From the NCBI GenBank assembly GCA_973895155.1, contig OZ316899.1:10042287-10106286 (forward strand): a DNA stretch of 64,000 bases, written 5' to 3'. Origin of the DNA: Marsupella aquatica. Lineage: Eukaryota; Plantae; Marchantiophyta. Numbering within the stretch: position 1 is the stretch's first letter; the number at the start of each line of letters is the position of its first letter. Positions 59,001-64,000 of the stretch are shown here, in pieces. The notes below the pieces were generated by a model. That model was not told the DNA's origin. It saw nothing but the letters and a program-made list of their open reading frames with translations, and made no database searches. The translations under genes and the position numbers were made by a program.

Positions 59001-60706
59001 TGCTCGAACAGACTTACGCCAAGATGAACCAGATGGAGTCTGTCATCATTGCAGAGCTCGACAAGGAGCTAAGAGCAACCCAGGAGGAGAGGGCTACCTT
59101 GAAGAAGGAATTGGAGGAAGCCCACAGGGAGCAGGAGGAGGCCAAAAACGAGCTGGAGGGGGCACGTAAGGACCTGGATGAAACCCAAGAGGAGTTGGAG
59201 GAAATCACGAGGAAGATGGAGAACCTACAGCGGCGGGCCGACAACCAAACAGAGCGGCTGAAGAAACAAGCCGCAGTATTTAAATGCTTAGCTGCAGCAG
59301 GTCCATCTCCTGTTGGGACAAACCAGTTACCAGGGGTGGTAATTGCCGAAGGACAAGCCGCGCCACCTGCACCAGTGCCGGAATTAAGTGGGAAGGGGAA
59401 GGGACCAGCTGCCGAGCCACCAACGAAGAAGAAGCGGAAACCTTCAGGGTCAAGGAGTAATACGACTTCACAGGCCGTGGTGATCAAGGAGGTAGACCCA
59501 GCACCGACCCCAGACAGGGTCACGGCTAAGGATCCAACTACCCTAGGGGAAGGGGAAGCCGAAGCCGAGGGAGTGGCTAAAGCCGAAGCCGTGAGAGTGG
59601 CTGAGGCCGAAGCCGTGGGTATTGCCGAGGCCGGTGTCGAGGCTGAAGCCGAAGGTGGACCCAGTCAGGCCGAGGGAGAGTTGACTCGGTCAAGGGCAGG
59701 TAATCTGTCAGTAGGCGGGCCAACGGCAGTGGCTGCGGAGGAAGTGTTGGGGGCGTCCATTGAGGATCCACCACCGGTGTCGTGACGGTGCAAGGGCGCC
59801 GTTCCTTTTAGGGAGGGCGGACGTGGAGGGAGGAGGCGTGAGTGGGCAGGGCGGGCACGGATCTCCACGTTTAGGATTAGGATCAGAACCAGGAGCGGCC
59901 CTGACACTTAGCTTAGTGGGATTGCGGTCCCACTGGTAGGAGCAACACTTGTGCTCCTGCCTTGCTGTACATAGGTAGATTCGGGCAAGTAGATTACTGT
60001 TAAGTAGATTAGGCTTACGATGCAAAGAATGGCGGATCCACTACCAGGATAAGTACCTGGGCAGCGGGGAGCTCAGGGCCTCTTCTTTAGCAAGTTTTTA
60101 GTTTGCACCAGCCGGGCTGGGATCAAGTAGTACGAGAAGCTCTCGGTTAGTCATACAGTGACCCTTGTGTATATTCATGTTTCCTCATGCCTAAGAGCTG
60201 AATAGAGTTGGCCTCACGGCTTAGTTCGCAGAACTTGTGTATGAGATGTACTGTTTGTATGGCAAGTGCATGGTATGACTCAGTCAGAATGAGTCATTTT
60301 GCTATTTGTGTGTCGCATTAACTTGTGTGAAGAGTGCCCACATCAACAGAACGAAGGAAAGTAAGCAGGGGAGTGAGAGTTGGATGTGTCGAGCTGAGAG
60401 AGGTCTTAGCGGCTTAACCAAGCCTATTGGGGATCATTCCGGCGGCGGAATCCAAACATACCTAACAAGACGGAGGGGAAGACAGGGGAAGACAGGGGAA
60501 GGCCTATATTAGGCCGGCTACGTATCTCATGACCCGATGAAGGATCTGTCCAGTATATGTGTGTAAAATGTTAATAGTAGTAGTAGAAGGTTAGCAGCGT
60601 CCCATGCCGCTAAGCCGCGGAAACGGCCTCGCCAAGCGCGAAACCTGCGGGAATCGGCTTGAGCTGGGGGGTTTCTTGGGTTTAGGGAGCCATGGGACGC
60701 ACCACA
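56050..60706 (+). repeat. 3' LTR of the gypsy element (4657 bp)
   Basis: Preceded by the PPT; followed by TSD CAACC. Confidence 0.96.
56165..59785 (+). CDS. LTR-encoded ~1206-aa protein (copy 2)
   Basis: Same as copy 1 except two amino-acid changes seen (Q>K, E>K). Confidence 0.85.
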   Translation: MEPGQRPEVRLRVKTRLGLWRVKRRRLGRINGKKDRQRRGVRSACRRWWLICEHELGRRLREANYCQLLRQALGERVDTDDQPKEGMSNVNQAAHFWGCLFERATEYIKTYEDEESERAARERQELARLWELQKTAFLGGELIKDEFLWTPTSNQLDDLLFCKDSVVGIREAIKNCNDIHWELKGSTERWTQATVLGETSTAAEMKRKGAVNDEATPAKRTRSTAPKKPAEQQSRRQGEAEEEEVDPIKAIPTRDDTWKGWAATLPVEVQLHFAREEDACFTAMQTKKYQGFMAGSGLEAFVRLPWLKPEVPESDLLEFVGSWEPETNCTRIYGKDFYLTPKVIAEVFGLPMGNKTKVDTRKTLPDKEFRSFPGPSTKNGFFRNTCTNPHIGEMIDFLRVTMHCNLPRAEIGKAQVYLAERPDPSRDYNGYLLNQLKKILKEEQQVIGMGSVSRLGYHMPLLCRYARGQTFAPVLPLQVRAPEEAPTPRPLAEKPQPPVSPTIEQVFRPRKEDLPMQQPGMQSLLKLLEKEKKSASATTTATATMPDTTTEVGLHRLTRENPFAGDERIRPESKPGVRMYVGTSSSESEAELPEAPTEEEEREKPEIQEVEEAVEDCSHDNSGYGSDHHVPGVRTCGRFVPTLPRVVRGDPNQQSSPESPPPDVAPPSFDGIKQTVQEFQERIKQEEEAALAKEKDLPGGDWPEDIRRLAEKGSKPLATIEEIRRTAWEQRPRWAMPITSTYSTYAKNRAMEYGEMCGELALGIFGEELEVGPFFHREQLEKHQLEEAVALERSKKDEVIRRLRRMEAEIEDLRAAKKAQDELRIKRHELNIMQGQLDAAQADNQNIKDKLTQTQEELADTIKEREKWKQELKNTEEAHITANSRAMAETQRKEWALKGELEKIRGALEQKEVELGKSYQGIMALQQELASLTASFKADLREKDEMLEQTYAKMNQMESVIIAELDKELRATQEERATLKKELEEAHREQEEAKNELEGARKDLDETQEELEEITRKMENLQRRADNQTERLKKQAAVFKCLAAAGPSPVGTNQLPGVVIAEGQAAPPAPVPELSGKGKGPAAEPPTKKKRKPSGSRSNTTSQAVVIKEVDPAPTPDRVTAKDPTTLGEGEAEAEGVAKAEAVRVAEAEAVGIAEAGVEAEAEGGPSQAEGELTRSRAGNLSVGGPTAVAAEEVLGASIEDPPPVS

Positions 60707-61650
60707 CAACCTATACTAAGAAAATCTTGAAACAATTCAATATGCATAATGCACACCCATGGAATTGAGGTCACTCAACCCAGGAAAAGACATGATCAGG
60801 AAAAGATTGGAAGTAGAACCAATACTAGGCTTAGAGAAGCCTTACCTTTCAACAGTGGGGGCCCTAATGTATTTAGCAAATCAGACGAGACCAGACATCT
60901 CGTTTGCAGTAAACCTCCTTGCATGCCATAGTGCCCAGCCGACGATCCGACACTGGAACGGGATAAAACAAGTGTTCAAATACCTGCAAGGAACAAGTGA
61001 CATGGGTCTCTATTTCCCAAAGGAAAACAATCCAACATTAATCGAGTACATAGATGTGGGCTACTTATCAGACCCGGACAATGCAAAGTTGCAGATAGGG
61101 TTCTTACAAGGCTCAAAACAATATCATGGAAGATTACAAAACAGACACTCAACCACCTCATTGAATCACTCTAAAATCATAGCTTTATGAGGCCAGTTGG
61201 GAATGCATTTGGGTAAGACAGATGATACATCACATCCACAAGAATACAAGATGCCCTACACTGCAAGAGCCCATGACTATTTATGAGGACGATTGTCCCT
61301 AAGTAGACCAGATCTCCTAGGGAATGCATTTGGCTGAGATATAGATGATACATCACATCCACAAGAATACATGATGCCCTACATTGCAAGAGTCCATGGC
61401 TATTTATGAGGACAATCGTCCCTACGTAGACCAGATCTCCTAGGGATTTATCAAAGGTGAAAGAACAAAGCATATAGCTCCTAAATGTTTCTACACACAT
61501 GAGCAGCATGGTGACCAAATCAGAGTAGAATGGATTCCAACATCATTGAACAGAGCAGACCTCTTCACAAAGCCGCTACCACCGGCCCTACACAATCAAC
61601 ATGTACATGGAATCGGGATGAGAACACTATCAATGTTGCTGCAAAGCTCA
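60707..61650 (+). pseudogene. Copia element 3: RT C-terminus and RNase H
   Basis: [49 protein letters not shown]. Confidence 0.9.
61199..61442. repeat. ~121-bp tandem duplication within the copia RNase H
   Basis: gggaatgcatttgg...gtagaccagatctccta at 61199 and 61320, moderately diverged. Confidence 0.9.
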
Positions 61651-62725
61651 TGAAAAACGCAGAGTACTTATTTTGGTTCCACATAGGAATTGCTAGAAGA
61701 AATACGAGACCAGCAGTGGAGTTCACACTGGATGAGATAGACAAACTGACTTTCAGACTCCAGAACACGGGTACAGAGGTCGTGGAGGAAAAGGCTGGTG
61801 CAGGGTATTTCACTCTTTTGATGGCTTATGCCGCAACAAGATCTGCGTGATCCAGACATTTTTGAAAGCAGAGCTAAAAGGTAGCATAAAAAAGGGCCTC
61901 AACATTGTCAACAAGCAGCCACAACCGTCTATTAAGTACATACACAATATCTCACTCATTCAAACATGAGGGAAATGAAATAAGGCTCCAATTTTCACTC
62001 ACAGGCAAAATCTCCTCTCTCCCGTCTCTTTTTCTTTGTATCTTTCCTTAGACTTGATTACCAATTTCCCCTGATATGTTCTAGCAAATTCAATTGATAA
62101 GCTTTAGCAATGCAGCACAACAAAAGGAAGATGATAAGCGTTATACCCTGCAAGACGTCGCCTCCCCTCAAGCGAGAGATGCTGCCAATTATGCAGATAG
62201 AGCAAGCAATGATGAATGAATACAAAGATGGAGCAAGATCCTCCAGAAGTAGCAAGGCAGCCCGACCCTGAATAAGCGATCACCAACTTCAACCTCATTG
62301 CAAATCTCATAGCCAAGCTCTGCTTCAGTAGCAAGCACATCGATTCACAATTCCTATCCTACAAGTATGCGCTCCATAGAAAATTAGGCAAAAGAACTGC
62401 CCAAAAAATACTACAAACCTGATCACCCTTAGATGTTTTTTTTGACAAGTATTCGACACTACAGTATAACCAAATGATTACATTACACTCAAACTCAAGT
62501 TAAACTTGATTTAGATTAGGTTACATTATACCAATCACCATTTATGCCCTTTATTTACCCTGGTTCTCCAACATAAGTATGGTTGTGGCACTCTCCCTCC
62601 ATGAAGAAAGTAAGGAGGGTTTTAAGGAGACCAAACCAGCATATGTTAAACCAGACCAACCTAAGGTTAAGCTTTAACCAATTGTGGTTGATTTCTTTTC
62701 ACTAACCCAATCAACCAAGGGGGAG

Positions 62726-62894
62726 TGTTAAGAATTAAAAACTAACCCTGGTTGAGTAGACTAGATAGCGGTTACACAACCACCTATCCACTATCCTATA
62801 TGTAAGAGTGCATGATCAATGGAAAGACAACTTGTTGGGTGCATCTTCTCTTGGCTATGGTGTTGTGTCATAACAGTAACTATAATTCTTAACA
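62726..62894 (+). repeat. 3' LTR of copia element 3
   Basis: Follows the PPT; 12-bp inverted termini TGTTAAGAATTA / TAATTCTTAACA. Confidence 0.75.
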
Positions 62895-63314
62895 AGCTCA
62901 AACAATTAGCTAATAACCCTATGTGACACCTTTCAGGGGGCGCACATAATCCCAGGTTCAACGTGTGAACGCCTTGAGAGCACTCTATGTCCAAGCCCAC
63001 TCTTGGAAGGAATGCCCTAGATCATAGTACTTTCTCACTCTAGAACCATCAACCCTGGTTGGCAACTCCTCTCCATCTAGAGTAGCCAAAGACAAAGAAC
63101 CATTCTCAAAAATAGAAGCACTTGAAATGGACCAAGCCAACAAGTGTGCAACTTCCCTGGGAACTTCTGCTGTTGGTTGTCATACATCACCACCAGGTCT
63201 CCTTCTTCCACGGGGTCATGCTTGATCTTCTTATCAAGCCTCTTTTTCCTTTGTTCTTCGACTACTTGAGTCCTCTCCAAAGCAATCTCTCTCTCCTCAT
63301 CCACAACTACATTT
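62895..63314 (-). pseudogene. Decayed gypsy integrase C-terminus and probable start of its 3' LTR (TGTCACA at 62928, minus strand)
   Basis: GDLVVMYDNQQQKFPGKLHTCWLGPF resembles GDLVLLYDSRYSRFPGKLYTRWLGPF of the intact element. Confidence 0.75.
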
Positions 63315-64000
63315 CACTACGTCGTGACTTCCTTTCGCGTCATGTGACACGACGTTACTCCCCAGTACATCTCCCTCTACGTCGTAACCCAAAATGGGTT
63401 TACCCATTTGACTTTCCTTCCCATTTTACGTCGTCTAGAGGGTCTTTAATTTAACGTATCTCCCAATAGGGCTATTTACGTCTTTTATAACGAGGCAAAC
63501 ATGTAGACGTCGTCCCAGACGGTGTAACAGAATAGGGTTGGGTCGACGTATAGATGTACGTCGTTTCAGACGTGGCTATAACGGATACTATGCTATGACG
63601 ACGTATAATGGATGTTGGGCGATGTTAGACGTATATGACCAATGTGGGAAACGACGTTAATGGAATCCAATTGGCATGCGTAAGGTTTTTTGCGGGAGTT
63701 TTTGGGGCAAGGCTACTGGGACCTCACTGCACAGGTCATTCGTGATTTCAGATGTCCTACGGGTACGATAGTGCACAAAATTTGCAGAGTGAGATTGAAA
63801 GTCTTCAACTATGGTACGTAAGATATTCAAGGATGTCCACTGTTGTTTTCTTCCGCTAGGTGAAGAAGACAAGACTGTTCGTGGCTTTTTTTGTCGTGGA
63901 GGTGTGATAGACAAGTTTTGTAACTCAAAGACGGAATACTTGCTTGCCAATACCTGGAAACAAGTCACAGAGCACTTCAGTGACTATCCTGGATTGATCG
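63315..64000. mobile_element. Terminus of a second CACTA-type element, running off the window
   Basis: Starts CACTACGTCG exactly where the integrase homology stops; about 10 subterminal ACGTCGT/ACGACGT repeats in both orientations at 63318-63660. Confidence 0.7.

Larger units (their letters stand above)
45169..60706 (+). mobile_element. Ty3/gypsy (non-chromovirus) LTR retrotransposon, 15.5 kb, intact and very young, with 4657-bp ORF-bearing LTRs
   Basis: LTRs TGTG...CACA at 45169-49825 and 56050-60706 (about 6 substitutions seen); TSD CAACC at 45164-45168 and 60707-60711; PBS-like TGGCGCTAGATGGAGGGG at 49830; PPT at ~56037-56049; gag-PR then RT-RH-IN. Confidence 0.97.
31200..62894 (+). mobile_element. 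Old Bianca-like copia (element 3), 5' LTR missing, split by the CACTA and gypsy insertions
   Basis: Decayed gag-pol in three collinear pieces; RT reads ISQST|YTKKILKQF across the gypsy TSD; PPT CCAAGGGGGAG 62715-62725 followed by the 3' LTR. Confidence 0.88.

Noticed and set aside
45169-60706. 4.66-kb repeat as a segmental duplication of a host gene or an assembly error
   Set aside because: TG...CA ends, a 5-bp TSD, PBS and PPT sit exactly at its borders, and the copies differ at a few sites.
61530-62340. Short ORFs in the long 3' region of copia element 3 as an extra gene
   Set aside because: Fragmentary, with no recognisable domain; cannot be supported from one decayed copy.

Overview
A eukaryotic, almost certainly land-plant, TE-nest window with no recognisable host gene. 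It contains: (1) three Bianca-type Ty1/copia elements: 2240-8185 (-, decayed), 23120-28804 (-, identical LTRs, intact 1545-aa ORF) and ~31200-62894 (+, old, 5'-truncated); (2) a full-length, decayed L1 LINE, 12626-20082, with an 18-bp TSD; (3) a large decayed Mutator-like element (~8.7-31.2 kb) with two divergent, intron-containing genes, a DDE transposase (-) and a ParB/Srx-like plus beta-class DNA amino-methyltransferase-like gene (+), whose introns and intergenic region carry 11 copies of a 15-bp palindrome TAGCGC-N3-GCGCTA; (4) a CACTA element, 35047-44661, with a SET-domain exon inside the first intron of its transposase gene; (5) a very young Ty3/gypsy element, 45169-60706, whose 4657-bp LTRs each contain a complete ~1200-aa ORF and whose pol is reached by a -1 frameshift signal (slippery site plus pseudoknot) downstream of the protease; (6) a gypsy integrase remnant and the start of a second CACTA element at the right edge. 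All domain calls come from reading motifs by eye; no database searches were run.
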